From: Phoronis australis
Taxonomy: Eukaryota; Animalia; Phoronida
NCBI GenBank assembly: GCA_002633005.1
Contig: NMRA01000020.1
Span: 1,397,650-1,461,649 of the forward strand
DNA length: 64,000 nt
Direction: 5' to 3'
Part shown: piece after piece, positions 1 through 13,100 of the stretch
Numbering within the stretch: position 1 is the stretch's first letter
How the letters are laid out: every line of letters begins with the position of its first letter
Notes under the pieces: generated by a model
What the model saw: the letters and a program-made list of their open reading frames with translations, nothing else
What the model was told of the DNA's origin: nothing
The model's database searches: none
Program-made: the position numbers and the translations under genes

Positions 1-704
1 TTCACTTGTCACTGACTTGAGCAATGTTGTGAATGACCAAAATTTTGAGCTTGTCTGAGGGTTGCTATGATATAGAACCTAAAAATGTCGTAGCAAGCCT
101 TTGATGCTACTCATCTTTTGTGAAAAAAGTGAAATATCTTTGTTTGCTCAGTTCTTTCCGGAATTGGTTAGACTCACACTTCCTCTACAATTTGATAAGC
201 TAAGTCTATTTTTGATACAGAAATCAGTGTCCAGTACTTGAGGAATAGGATTAACGCCAACATTACTCATGTCTTAATATTGAGAAAAAATGACTTGAAT
301 TTGGGTACCTCATATTTTAGAGATGTTCCCAGACTGAAGAATGTTTACCGCTTTCATTGACTTGAGATTATTCAAAGTTGCTGACGTCACTGAAATTGGA
401 TTGTATTGGATTTGAGAAGAAGGTATTTTCCTCTTTAGTGTTTTGACGTCATTTAGTTGTGGAAATCAATTGTCTTGTTTTTGTTGCGTTCAAGCTTTCA
501 TTCAGAAACAGTGAACAGTAGGAATATTTACTTGCCAGCTTCTAATCTAATATGGTTTGATCAGGAGCTGGATAATTGATAACATAATTCCACAGGTAAA
601 ATGTGACCGCTTTTGTGTCTCGACTGGCTGTAAGTTGACTAGAATCTTGCATTTTTGGAAGTGTGTTATGTTTTAAAAGATGGGCTCGGTGGTACACTTG
701 TGCC

Positions 705-2103
705 TTTTTATGCGCCCACATATTTATATGTGGACGCATTATGCCGTCATCTCCGTACGTCCGTCCGGGCGGCGTCCGGCGTCCGGCGTCTGGCGTCCGG
801 CGTCCGCTGCTCTATCTCCAAAACCCTTTGACATACGTTCATGAAATTTGGCACATATGTTCCATTCATGAATGGGACGGCATGTGCGAACTTTCGGACG
901 GATCCGACTACCGGTGTGCCCCCTAGTGGCAATTTTAGTTTTTTACGCTTACCTTTGTATCTTCAAAAGTCCTGAACGGATTTTCATGAAATTTGGTATG
1001 TAGGCACCTATTAGTGAGATGACGCTATCCTGCCGTTTTCAGATGGATTCGACATAGTTTGCGCCACCTAGTGGCCATTTTTAGTGTTTTCGAGTCTGTT
1101 TTTGTGCGTCCACCCCTCTATCAACCAAACCGCTCAAAGAATGATTGTGAAAATTGGCATGTATATGCTTACTATGTAGAGGATGGTTGACGATGATTTT
1201 CCGACGATTTCGACTACTGTGGCGCCTCCTAGTGGCAGTTTTGTTTTTTTTGCGCCTATGGCTGTATCTCCTAAACCGTTCGCAGGATCNNNNNNNNNNN
1301 NNNNNNNNNNNNNNNNNNNNNNNNNNNNNNNNNNNNNNNNNNNNNNNNNNNNNNNNNNNNNNNNNNNNNNNNNNNNNNNNNNNNNNNNNNNNNNNNNNNN
1401 NNNNNNNNNNNNNNNNNNNNNNNNNNNNNNNNNNNNNNNNNNNNNNNNNNNNNNNNNNNNNNNNNNNNNNNNNNNNNNNNNNNNNNNNNNNNNNNNNNNN
1501 NNNNNNNNNNNNNNNNNNNNNNNNNNNNNNNNNNNNNNNNNNNNNNNNNNNNNNNNNNNNNNNNNNNNNNNNNNNNNNNNNNNNNNNNNNNNNNNNNNNN
1601 NNNNNNNNNNNNNNNNNNNNNNNNNNNNNNNNNNNNNNNNNNNNNNNNNNNNNNNNNNNNNNNNNNNGCCTCTAGTGGCAATTTTAGTATTTGCCTCTAG
1701 TGGCAATTTATAGTATTTTACATTGACCTCTGTATTTTCATAGGTCTTCAGGTGTATACTTTGTGTTACTTCGTGACTATGAAGGAAAAGTTCCAAGTAG
1801 AAATTTGTTTCTGGCATTCTAATGCTATGCTAATCTCGTATGTTGGTAAATTTGTTTTTATTCTATGTTTCTGTGGTGCTTTAAGCAACTGGTGTATAGG
1901 ATGTGCTTGTATTATGAAGATTACTCACATTTTGCCCCTAGCCTATTGAGGAGACAATGACCATGCCTTTCCATTTTGCTAAGTACAACATACTACATAT
2001 ATGCTCTCTACTGGCCACTTTGTGGTACCAATAAACAACCCTAGAAGGATACCGTATGCGGTGCAATTGTGGGCGCATTTCAACGCTCTGCGTTGCTCTT
2101 GTT
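705..2103 (+). mobile_element. Non-autonomous Helentron-type (HINE/DINE-like) element, family A, copy 1 (contains a gap)
   Basis: T-run, then 5' subterminal repeat ATGCGCCCAC (710-719) pairing with nearby GTGGACGCAT, a CGTCCGG microsatellite, ~150-bp internal repeats, 3' inverse GTGGGCGCAT (2069-2078), hairpin CAACGC-tct-GCGTTG and end CTCTTGTT. Confidence 0.8.
1290..1667. other. Assembly gap
   Basis: Run of N inside family A copy 1. Confidence 1.
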
Positions 2104-2641
2104 ATTTTTTATGCGCTAATGATTCAAAGGCGTGGTCCAGTAATATCCCTGTTATATTAAACTGCCATTGATTGAATGAAAGTGGAGAAACCGACTTACC
2201 ATAAGATTTGTCTCAACTTCCAAACTTTGAATCTTCCACATCCACTAAGTTAGTCAAAATTACGGCAAAACAGGTCAAAAACGTAAGTCAAGTTTTAATC
2301 CTATCTGCCTTTTACTAGACACTTTCACACTATGCAAACTGACACACTGCAGCTGTTTATGTAATTAGGGAATCTAAATAGCTCATGTGTCAATTTTCAT
2401 GTTTCTGTAGAAATGTGATTTGGCTCTAATAGTCTTATATTCAGTCTTCTCCCCGCTAATTGTTGTGAGGTGGTGTCATGGCAGAGCAGTTCATCTCAGT
2501 TGCACCAGAGTATCAGTTTTGACATTTCCTTGTGGTAGCTCGCATGTTGTTTCTGGGTAGGCTGTGAAGGCAATACTTCTGGTACTGCAGTTGTGCTGTG
2601 TTAAAGTTATGGTCTAAACATGGTCCTGTTACTATTGTATA

Positions 2642-3653
2642 CATAGGCGGATTTAGGAGGGGGCCCAGGAGTCCCAGGGGCCCCCCCTTGGCTGCCGCAA
2701 AAAAATAAAACAGCAAGAGCATAGGGAAATGTTGAGTTTAGTAATTAACCATGGTAATTAAAATTATTTTTATATGGATGAAACAAGATTTAAATGTATG
2801 CAGTTTTAGTGTTTGGGGGGCTCAGATCCAATTTCAAGTGTCAAATTCGGAACACGGCGCATTCGTAACAGAACTATGACTAAGTATAGGCTCTCCTGCG
2901 GTATCCCAGGTGACCGGCAGTGGCACTGCGCACTACGACTTCGTTTCTGTCGTCTGCTCCACTGTGCAATGAAGAAAATTCACTTCATTTTTTAAAGAAA
3001 ATGGAACCTGAGTGATGATGAAAAAACAGAAACTGCAGGTAAGATTTTTAATCGAAGCCTTAGTGAATCACTCAGTAACTCATAATTCTCTCTTTGTCAA
3101 GCCTTAACTTAAGACGATTTCCAAAGCAATCCTGTCATTATTGCCAACATAAAAACGGATTTAGTCTTTTGGGCATTTGAAGACTACTTTAAATACAACA
3201 AATTTGTTAAGAACCGATTGCACAAAATATAAAACGCATAATAAGCATCACAAAAATAAGTAGGTTTCGCGCACAAATGCTGAGGACTATAAACAAGGTC
3301 TCTTAGTATGAGGTTAGTAGTTAAATCGTGGTGGGGTAGTGCTAAAGCACGTGTGCTGTAACTGACAGTTCGTGAGTTCGAGTCTGTGGTATTTTGGTAT
3401 TTGCAGTTTTTCCTGTTTGACACGTTCTCCACATATTTTTGCCTTTTTTTCTTGGATAATACTTCAGGAATCAAGGAAAATGCTAGATTTTTAGAGGAAA
3501 AAACAGAAAAATTTCCTGTGCGGGAGGGGGGCAAACCTCCATTCCGACCTCCCCCCATTTGGTGATATGCGCATCTACAATCGTAGTTGCCGCAAATGCT
3601 TACAGCCGGACAAAATGTTGGGCCCCCCTTGTGATATCCTAGATCCGCCACTG
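2642..3653. mobile_element. Non-autonomous TIR DNA transposon, family B, copy 1
   Basis: Imperfect TIRs CATAGGCGGATTTAGGA / TCCTAGATCCGCCACTG, flanked by GTATA on both sides (possible 5-bp TSD). Colinear similarity to 28661-28985 plus 31249-31842. Confidence 0.75.
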
Positions 3654-4166
3654 GTATATATGCCCTTGTTGGCAAAACATTTCGGGGGGGGTTTCATATG
3701 TCCCACAGTGGTCTGGCAAAACAAATATCTCTAGCAATAAGTTGCATGTATTAAAGGCGAAGGCAACCTTTTTCCATGTCATTTTGAGCTAAAATAAGGT
3801 TGGTTGGTTATCCTAGACATATTTCTCACTTAATTACAGCTTTTCGTAAATTTATTAATTACTCGTCCGCTTTTCCGGAAGTGATGTTTTAGGAGGCAAG
3901 CGCTTCCCGCCACTTGGTTTTGCGTTGAGCTTACTGTGCGAATCTGTTCTATTCTACTTTTGTTTTGTGCTATTTTTCACCAATTGTCGCCACCACTTTC
4001 CATCGGCGAGTATTCTGCGGCAAGATAGGTTAGTAGAGAACTCAACTGCGTTGGATTTAGGGATTGTTTAGTGTGTTGTAAGCTGAAAATGGCTGGAGTC
4101 GGTGACCCGTATCACAGTGACAGTAGTGTGAGTGACGGAGACCTTGTTCACAGCAGTGGTGACGAG

Positions 4167-5166
4167 NNNNNNNNNNNNNNNNNNNNNNNNNNNNNNNNNN
4201 NNNNNNNNNNNNNNNNNNNNNNNNNNNNNNNNNNNNNNNNNNNNNNNNNNNNNNNNNNNNNNNNNNNNNNNNNNNNNNNNNNNNNNNNNNNNNNNNNNNN
4301 NNNNNNNNNNNNNNNNNNNNNNNNNNNNNNNNNNNNNNNNNNNNNNNNNNNNNNNNNNNNNNNNNNNNNNNNNNNNNNNNNNNNNNNNNNNNNNNNNNNN
4401 NNNNNNNNNNNNNNNNNNNNNNNNNNNNNNNNNNNNNNNNNNNNNNNNNNNNNNNNNNNNNNNNNNNNNNNNNNNNNNNNNNNNNNNNNNNNNNNNNNNN
4501 NNNNNNNNNNNNNNNNNNNNNNNNNNNNNNNNNNNNNNNNNNNNNNNNNNNNNNNNNNNNNNNNNNNNNNNNNNNNNNNNNNNNNNNNNNNNNNNNNNNN
4601 NNNNNNNNNNNNNNNNNNNNNNNNNNNNNNNNNNNNNNNNNNNNNNNNNNNNNNNNNNNNNNNNNNNNNNNNNNNNNNNNNNNNNNNNNNNNNNNNNNNN
4701 NNNNNNNNNNNNNNNNNNNNNNNNNNNNNNNNNNNNNNNNNNNNNNNNNNNNNNNNNNNNNNNNNNNNNNNNNNNNNNNNNNNNNNNNNNNNNNNNNNNN
4801 NNNNNNNNNNNNNNNNNNNNNNNNNNNNNNNNNNNNNNNNNNNNNNNNNNNNNNNNNNNNNNNNNNNNNNNNNNNNNNNNNNNNNNNNNNNNNNNNNNNN
4901 NNNNNNNNNNNNNNNNNNNNNNNNNNNNNNNNNNNNNNNNNNNNNNNNNNNNNNNNNNNNNNNNNNNNNNNNNNNNNNNNNNNNNNNNNNNNNNNNNNNN
5001 NNNNNNNNNNNNNNNNNNNNNNNNNNNNNNNNNNNNNNNNNNNNNNNNNNNNNNNNNNNNNNNNNNNNNNNNNNNNNNNNNNNNNNNNNNNNNNNNNNNN
5101 NNNNNNNNNNNNNNNNNNNNNNNNNNNNNNNNNNNNNNNNNNNNNNNNNNNNNNNNNNNNNNNNNN
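4167..5166. other. Assembly gap (1000 N)
   Basis: Run of N. Confidence 1.
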
Positions 5167-8100
5167 GGACAGCTGATACTGAGCAACTAACAAGGAACAG
5201 CTGATCGGGCACAGCTGTGTGTGTAAACATGACTGACACGGAGCAAATTGACACGGCGGTGGCCATTTTTGACTCCGGTTTGAGATTTAGAGCGAGTTGC
5301 ACTCTGCCAATTGCTCCAGTTTCAACTACACCTCTGAACATGACTGGGGCTGGCAGAAAGGGATCAGCTTTCAATGCGCTTGTGCAATAGTGTATATATA
5401 TGGGTGATGCACTGGCATTCCATGTGGTTGCTATTGTTTATGTGAGCACACAGTCTTCATGTAAGTGACTCATGCTGATCCAGTCAGCCATCTAAAATCT
5501 AATGTCATGTAAATGCCACTAAAGTGGAGCAAGTCACACCGTGACAACTGTCTTTCATGCAAAAGTGGCCAACGTCTTATTTTTCTGGAACTGATCATAC
5601 CAGGAATTTCTAATTGTTAGCCCCTGCCTATTTAGAAATAGGGTTATTTTTACTTTGCTAGCCTCCCAAATAAAAGCGCAGGTGTGGTTTTGGAAACGGG
5701 GCCTCTAAATGGTAGTTGTGCTGGCGACATCGGCATGTAATGTGGACCTATACGTGAAGGTTTGGGATGAAATTTTGGTCCTTAGTTTTAGAGTTATTTT
5801 GTAGATAATCCAAAAACGTACTGAGCGAAACACTGTACTGTTTCTCACGGAAGCCTTGTTCTTGCTCCACAGCCTCTGACATTGTCCATGTTGGGAAACC
5901 CTTTAGACCGTATTGTGGCTCCCATGTGCCTAAATTTTAAGGAGTCTATTTGCAGAAATTTGTGATATTACACTGTTCCAGGTAGAACCCTCACTTGCTG
6001 GTCTTGTGTTCTGCAGGTGTCTAGATCAGTTTGCAAAGAAAAACAGTTCAGCATTTCCATGAATGAAGTGAAAAATGTACGTAGTAGCAGAACCCACAAG
6101 GAATGCTAATGAATGCGGTGCTAGAAATGTCTGTTTACGTCGCATTTGGCAACTACTTTTACAAGGCAGTTCTACACACTCTCGAGTTCCAAACAGCCGT
6201 ATCTATACGATTATTTATTTCAGACTCGTTTTCCAGTCTATACGACGCTTATTTGGGTCTCTACGTTTATTAATTTTCTAACCTTTTTCCACTCTCCACG
6301 ATTATTTGATTTAGCAAGTTAACAATTCTTCGTTCGTTCAATACAAATTTGTTATACAAAAACTTTGAAGCTGACACCGGGTGTCGTACCTTGGTCATAA
6401 GACGATGTATATTCGCTCTAAACCTCTTGACCACGAGACAAATTTCGTAATTTAGAAGAGCTATATACGACTCCGCGTTACACACGGAAGTCACATGTCA
6501 TACACATTTAAATATTTTATTTGCTAAAATATACAACTGTATGTTTCAAAGTGTAAAAAAATCAAGACTCCCAAGCAAGGGATTATGCAGCGGCCGTCTG
6601 TTGGATGGCCAGAATGTTATTTTGGACGGGTTCGACGGGATTGGTCAGAATTAAGAGTGTTGGCAAAATTTAAAAAAGCTTGAAATGATGACCACTTTCT
6701 CAATATTAACGGCTAGTCGGCAGTCGCTCAAAGAAATAGGCCATCAGTAATTTCAGAAATTAGAAATTTAATGCATAAAAAGTGCATTTTCAATATTCCG
6801 CGGGCCCCGTGACTCAGATCGGTGTTACCGGCAGCACAACATACATATGCATAAAAACGCTTTTGACGAGTTTCTTTGGCTGATCCAATATTTATGATTG
6901 CATATTTATGATTACACCCTGTGAAAAACTGCAAGCCTTTACAACTCTTCACTTTGTCCCCGACGTTTGCGTTTCCGGAGGGAGTAATTCCGGGATTTTG
7001 CACAGCCAGTGTCATCTGCGGTTTGCGTCATTATTGACATGCGCATTCTTCATACTTAATCATGTCGTCTGCCGCGCAAAGGCCTAAAGAATTCGAGAAT
7101 TATTTTACAAACCGAGAAATGTTCCAGATACAGACATTGATTCAGATGTTGGTACGACAAATAATCCAGTTAAAGATACGGACCGTGGTGATAACGCGGC
7201 CAGTCAACGAAGCGCAAGTACCCATGCAATTAATGAACGGTGCCGAACCTTTCAAAGTACCAACAATTTGCCGACAACATCGGACATCAGCATTTTTACA
7301 ATTCGCTCCAAACTTGAAAATAGATTGTTTTTATGAACAGGAAGAATCTTGAAAATGACAGTTGCTAACATTCAACAATCCAGTGGATATCTATTGAAAT
7401 TGATTTCTACTTCCCCTCCCGTCCAAATAAATGGAAATATACGTGGATCGGTTTGTTTATTATACCTAATAAGATATTCAAGATGGTGGACGTAGTTGTG
7501 GTCGTGGACTCGAATGTTGGGTAATTCTGCAAGAAATCTCAATTTCTGACCTTGTAAAATTTTGGATGTACCGACTTTCTGACGTCGAATTCAGACTAAA
7601 ATTATTAGGGTATTGACTATGAATGTTGTGCAAGACACGAGATTGAGAGAAAACAAAAGCTCGACTGTTAGGAACATGTATGATAAAAATGCGACTCGTT
7701 TTACCAAGACACTTTTATTATTGCCTTTATTCAGACTGTCGGGTTTGTGGAAGACTGGATGTTGCTGCTGAAATCTTTACCTCCTTGTAGTTTTTGGACT
7801 TAGTCGACATTGGCATCTCTAGTATGAATGTCACATTCTTTTTTGAGTAAAATGATTCCACATACTGTTTGAAACACGTGTATATAGACTTCCATTTAAA
7901 GTTATTGAATAAACGATTGGTCTTTGTTTTAGCAATGACACTTTTATTCCACTTCACTGTACTATGTTATGGCATGGGTGGATACACCACTGCAATAATT
8001 TAACTATGCTAATGTTCAGTTTAAAGGTTTTTCTTTGAAACAACTACTTAAAGTGGTGGTAAGTCAGACAGAATTTGCTTCTTTGCATTATTATTCCCAT

Positions 8101-9957
8101 CTACATCATTATTAGATTTTGCACTTCCTATTATTTCCATCTACCGTTACTAGATTGTATGCAAATTTTTAATCAATGTTATTATTCCAGTCTATACTAT
8201 TTTTAATTCTGAATGTTGTTATTTACAACCAGGTTTGTATCTTTCCTTGTCTTCTACAGAAGTAAGTGAGAATGTCACTTACTTTCCAATCTGTCTTCTG
8301 AACTGTGCAGTTAGTCTTCTTTTATTTCGCACAAAAAATTTGTCAAAATCGCAATTTTTCTTATTACCTTGTTTCGAATAGTGGAAACTTGACCAAAGAT
8401 TATTTTATAACATTTGCTCACTACAAGCCAACTTAATGATAGACTAAATTAGTCTAATATTTATTTTCATTGAGAATTTTGATAAAATTATCATCTGCTC
8501 TGTACTCTTCTGCCTAGGTTTTTTTTAAATTTGCTTAGAGTAAGGCTGGAGTGATCTAACACTTGAGTTGTGATGGCTTCCGGTTAGGTAACTCTGATTC
8601 CCAATGTTACACCGTTCACTGATTTACAAATTGTGCTGTGGTGTAGAGATGCTCATTTTAACCCTATCCACAGTTGCCATCATATAACTAGATGTAACTG
8701 ACCTGCTTGGTTGAATGGTAGTTGCTGAGAATGGAAAGAGAAATTACAGATTGGAAAAATACCTTCAAAATTCTGGGACTGACTTGTTATATGAGTACCA
8801 TCCAACTCACTGAAAATGCAAATCTATGTCTTTCCTTTAGTTGGAAGTTCAAATTTTGCACTCGAAGGATTGAAAAACTTCATGTCAAAAAAATTTCGCA
8901 AGACAGAGTATGCCCTTGTTGAATGACATGTTGATGTGCTGGGATTATGCAGAGCAAATTTCACAAAAAAATCTTGCTTCTTATTCAATAATTAGTTTGG
9001 CATATCCTTTTACAATGGCCGAAATTCCCGCCCATAATTACAGTGCGACTCAAAATTGAATCGATTCTGTGTGCACTAGTCCTAGCAGTGGGCACTTAAA
9101 CGAAAATTCTAGCCGAGTAGTGAACACTTAATCCGCAGTTTCAGAAGCAGAGGATGGCAATTATGTGAACAGAGGCATTATCCCGAATGTTTGCGGTAAT
9201 TTACTTGTATGGTCACTGAAAGAGAAGTTGGTCGGCATAGTTTGAGTATATCCAAAAATTGACCAAGTCACACTAGTCTCTTTTCAATTAGCACATTTTG
9301 CTGACGTAAAAGCATGTTTGATAAGCATGTCGCTGTTGTTGAAAAAGTTAATGTTGGGTTGGAATTTTTCGCAAAATCTGTCTCACGGTAAATCATGATG
9401 CTTCATAGAGAGTATATGTAGAGCTGGGACAAGTTGCTGAAGAAAGTGCTTTACAACTCATTTTCATGTGCCCACAAAAAATTGTGATGACATTTTAAAG
9501 CTTTGTATTAACAGCCATAATTTTGAGAAAGTGGAAGTATTCACAACATTGTTAAAACCAAGAAGCCTTTGCAAATGAAAAGGAATTATGTAGGCTATTA
9601 TTCTCGTTCAAAATTGTCAAGATTTTACAGTACACTAATAGACGTTTTAAGTTAATGTACTTTGACGCCCTTTCTCATTTGTTTTATTACTAGTCTTCAC
9701 ATTTTGTTGAAATCTATGTAGCAGTATTCTTTAATATCTACTCTTGAAAATGTGCATAAAATTGGTCAGGCATGGCTGCATTTTCCACATCGGTGCTACT
9801 AAAATGTGCATTAGAGATTTTTTATTGATATGGCAAATATTTCTTGCGAAATCTCCCTCGTCTTGTAATCAGCAATATAAAATCGTTAACCCTAAGCACT
9901 TGTCCCCAGTTGTGAAGTCTTTCACACATTGTTATGTTAACCAATTCTCTTTCCATT

Positions 9958-10174
9958 TGACGTCACTGCATCACTGCCGTCTATCTCCCGTCAACCTCCC
10001 TTTGTTTAGTTTTATAGCAGTGACGTCATTCTTGGCATTGGCTTGACGGGTGAAGATTTGTTCAATAAAGTGCATTTGTTATGCAAGCAACAGGAATCCA
10101 TGAAACATCTGTGATTTCTATCAGTGAAGAAGTGGCGCTATGCTCTCTGTCACAGCGCCTTCTATATAAAAAGG
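9958..10174 (+). promoter_or_regulatory. Candidate promoter: paired full CRE palindromes plus TATA box
   Basis: TGACGTCA at 9958 and 10021, half-site TGACG near 10044, TATATAAAAAGG from 10163, and a possible donor TTG|gtaagg at 10262. Confidence 0.35.
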
Positions 10175-13100
10175 GTCCTGTGAAATGATGATGAACCACA
10201 TGCAGAATTTCATGTATGGTTATCAGTGCATATGTCATGGGTTTTTCGTTACATACTTTTGGTAAGGGAGTCAGTCAGCCTCAACACCTTGTAATCCCGC
10301 GTGTGAAAAACACAAACTTGTATGGAATGCATCGATTTAGTCTTTTCTTGTGGCTGCTGAAACTGCAAGCCACGAAGGCAATTGTCAATAGACTGTGCAG
10401 TATTCTGTTGCATTTCTTAGCATTAACCAGTCTTAATTGCTTGACAACAGGTTCATCAAGTAGGCCTGTCATTGTTGGTCCTTACATGTGGTCTTAAAGA
10501 TCTATTTGCATGCTCGTAACTAGGCTAATGTATAGCAGGAACTAAACCACATGTGAACATTATCTACCCTAAACACATTGCATTTTCATTCATTGACAAC
10601 TTTTAAATGTGAAAACAAAAAATTCTGCAAATATGTGACCTTTGCACTAATGACACCTCGCGGGCTCACATATCCCGCACCATGCAGTGTTGTTCCCCAA
10701 CACCAGGTCACTATACCTAGGACACTGTTGAATGATTTACGGTGGATCATTTTGGACACAAAACTCGTTATTAAAAACATTTGGCAATTTTCAACTTACT
10801 GGTATTCACATGGTGACTATATGTTGTGTTTATAACTAATTTGACCAAGAAATCACAGAGATAAGGAATTAGCCTGCAAGTTCTTCTTAAAGCAATAACC
10901 AGAGCTAGTCAGGTTTTTAAAACTGAATAAGGAATACTTTACACCAGTTTTATAGCAGTTGGTGGTTTCTCAAGTTTTGTTCTTAACTTTGAAGGAACAT
11001 TCATTTAAAAATTGTAAAAGATTATAAACTTTGACATTTCAGAACTTGTTCATTACCTCACAATTCTAGTGTGAGAAATTGTCGTTTTGATTAATTTCGT
11101 TTCTTTTCGAATTGACTAAAGTGGTTCAAAATACCTTTTATAGCGAGTAAAAAGGCCTAATTAACAAACAGCACCCTTTGTAGTGTACATTTGGGTTAAC
11201 TGCTTGGGCAGTTAAATTTGCAGTCTGAAAACAGGGCTTGGGTTCTTATACAGCTGAGCAAATGAGAAATTTCAGGAAATGGCGACAGGCAATTAGCTGA
11301 ATATGGATGGTTAAAGGTGGGCCCAACTATCTGCCTGCCGATGCATGACATCCAAAAGCTGAAGGCAACAGACCCGAACTAAGTATTTGCTGCAAGAATC
11401 TGCCCTGGCATGTTGCCAAGGCACCGGTTGAATTATTGGTGCTCCCTAACCAACATGAAGATTGGACTGCCTTGTAATCTGAGAATGACTGGCTTCTGCA
11501 ATATGCATGTTATCATAATCATCGAGTATGCAAAATTAAATTAATTTCAAGCATACATTTCATTGTTCATAGTTCTAATTTTGCAAGTTGCAATGATTGA
11601 AAAGCAACCTGTCAAAAAAAACTCGCGCGAACTGCAGCAACACCAGGTCGAATACCGGAGTCGGATACTGTGTTGAATGCCAGGTTCGAGTGCCGTGTTG
11701 AAATAATGCAAAAAACCATGTGCCATAATATTGTTTTCATATTTGGTAATAGGATTGGCATGAAGTAAAATGCTTCAAATGCTTCGACTTTGTGCTGATT
11801 TCTGTTATCGAAAGGGTCGAATTTGCTCCATGAACTTTCATGCCCCACCCAGTTAAATGTGCTTGCCATGGAAATTTGGTCAGCCTCAAATTGTCATGTG
11901 ATCCGCCGTGCGTGCCTGCGGCTTACTTTATAATCAGGGTAAACGAGACTGGGTTTGACTACGAAGTAAAATTTTCACGTAGAATGTGAGTCTATGACTG
12001 ACTCTTGGTATCTCTATTAAATGTTAGTCAACGTGGTTGTCTTATGGTTGTTTAGGACGTTATGTACAACCCTATTTCTTCAAAACTGTAGATTTTTAAC
12101 TCCGTAAAAGTACATGTTTTGTGAAAATTGAAAGCTTAAAGAATTTGATTTTGAGCTTTTTTCAATTTGCTATTAATTGAGTCCATGTATTTTAAATAAA
12201 ATTCAGTAAAAAAGAAAGGTCCATTGATTGCAAATCAACGGTATTAAGAACATGATCAAATTTTGTGTTGCTACTTTCCGAATTATTTTCATGATAATCT
12301 TAAAAGTCCAGTTTTTGATATCACCTCACACAATAATAAAACTTTTTAAAAACAATTCCTGGCAGGGGTTTTTGAGAACAGTGTATAAAACAGTTTCTGA
12401 ACGTTTCTTAGAATCTGATTAGCCATTTATGAGATATGATGTTCCAAAAGTTGGCAATTGACCAAGCTGTTGGTGCTTAGTGTGAAATTTACAAATGTAG
12501 GGCTGGGTACTTATATGGGTGTTAACCCAGTTGTTTACAGACGTCCACATTTAATTGCTAAATCTGAGTTTAGGATGACCAAAGTTTCAGTTAAAATTAG
12601 TGGAAAGTGAACTGGACTCTGGGAATTGCTTAAAAGTACTTTGTGGAATTCACTGCATAAACATGGATTCAGCTGCATGGTTCACAATCATTGACTAATT
12701 TGCTGTTTTTGTATAGGATTTTTTCTATTATTTGATCCTGTTTTTGCAATAAATGTAGATAAACAGAATCTGAAGAATCGTAATAAGAAGTTTGGAATAA
12801 GCTTACCCCAACAACAGTTTCGCTCACTCAAATTCCGCTTTTGGCCTCAAATATGTTTGCTTCAGTAAAGAGTGCTGCTGAAAGTGACTCTTTATGAACT
12901 ATAAGTGAGAGCGTCTGCATTTGGAAGTCAAATTCTCATGAGATGGGCATTCATAAAGACACTGGCGCTTTTAATTTCTGTGATGAGCATTTTAATTCGA
13001 AGATGGGTGCTTAGACACAGGAGTGGTATTTACGGAAATTCATCGAAATTCGCTTCCTATGCTGACTGACTGGGCCTCACTCAGTTGATGGTTCCTGTGG

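Noticed and set aside
1134-5374. Long ORFs of 136-408 aa in the track
   Set aside because: They are almost entirely X from assembly gaps.
7062-7352. 96-aa ORF after a CpG-rich stretch
   Set aside because: No recognisable domain or splice partner. Probably part of an unidentified repeat.
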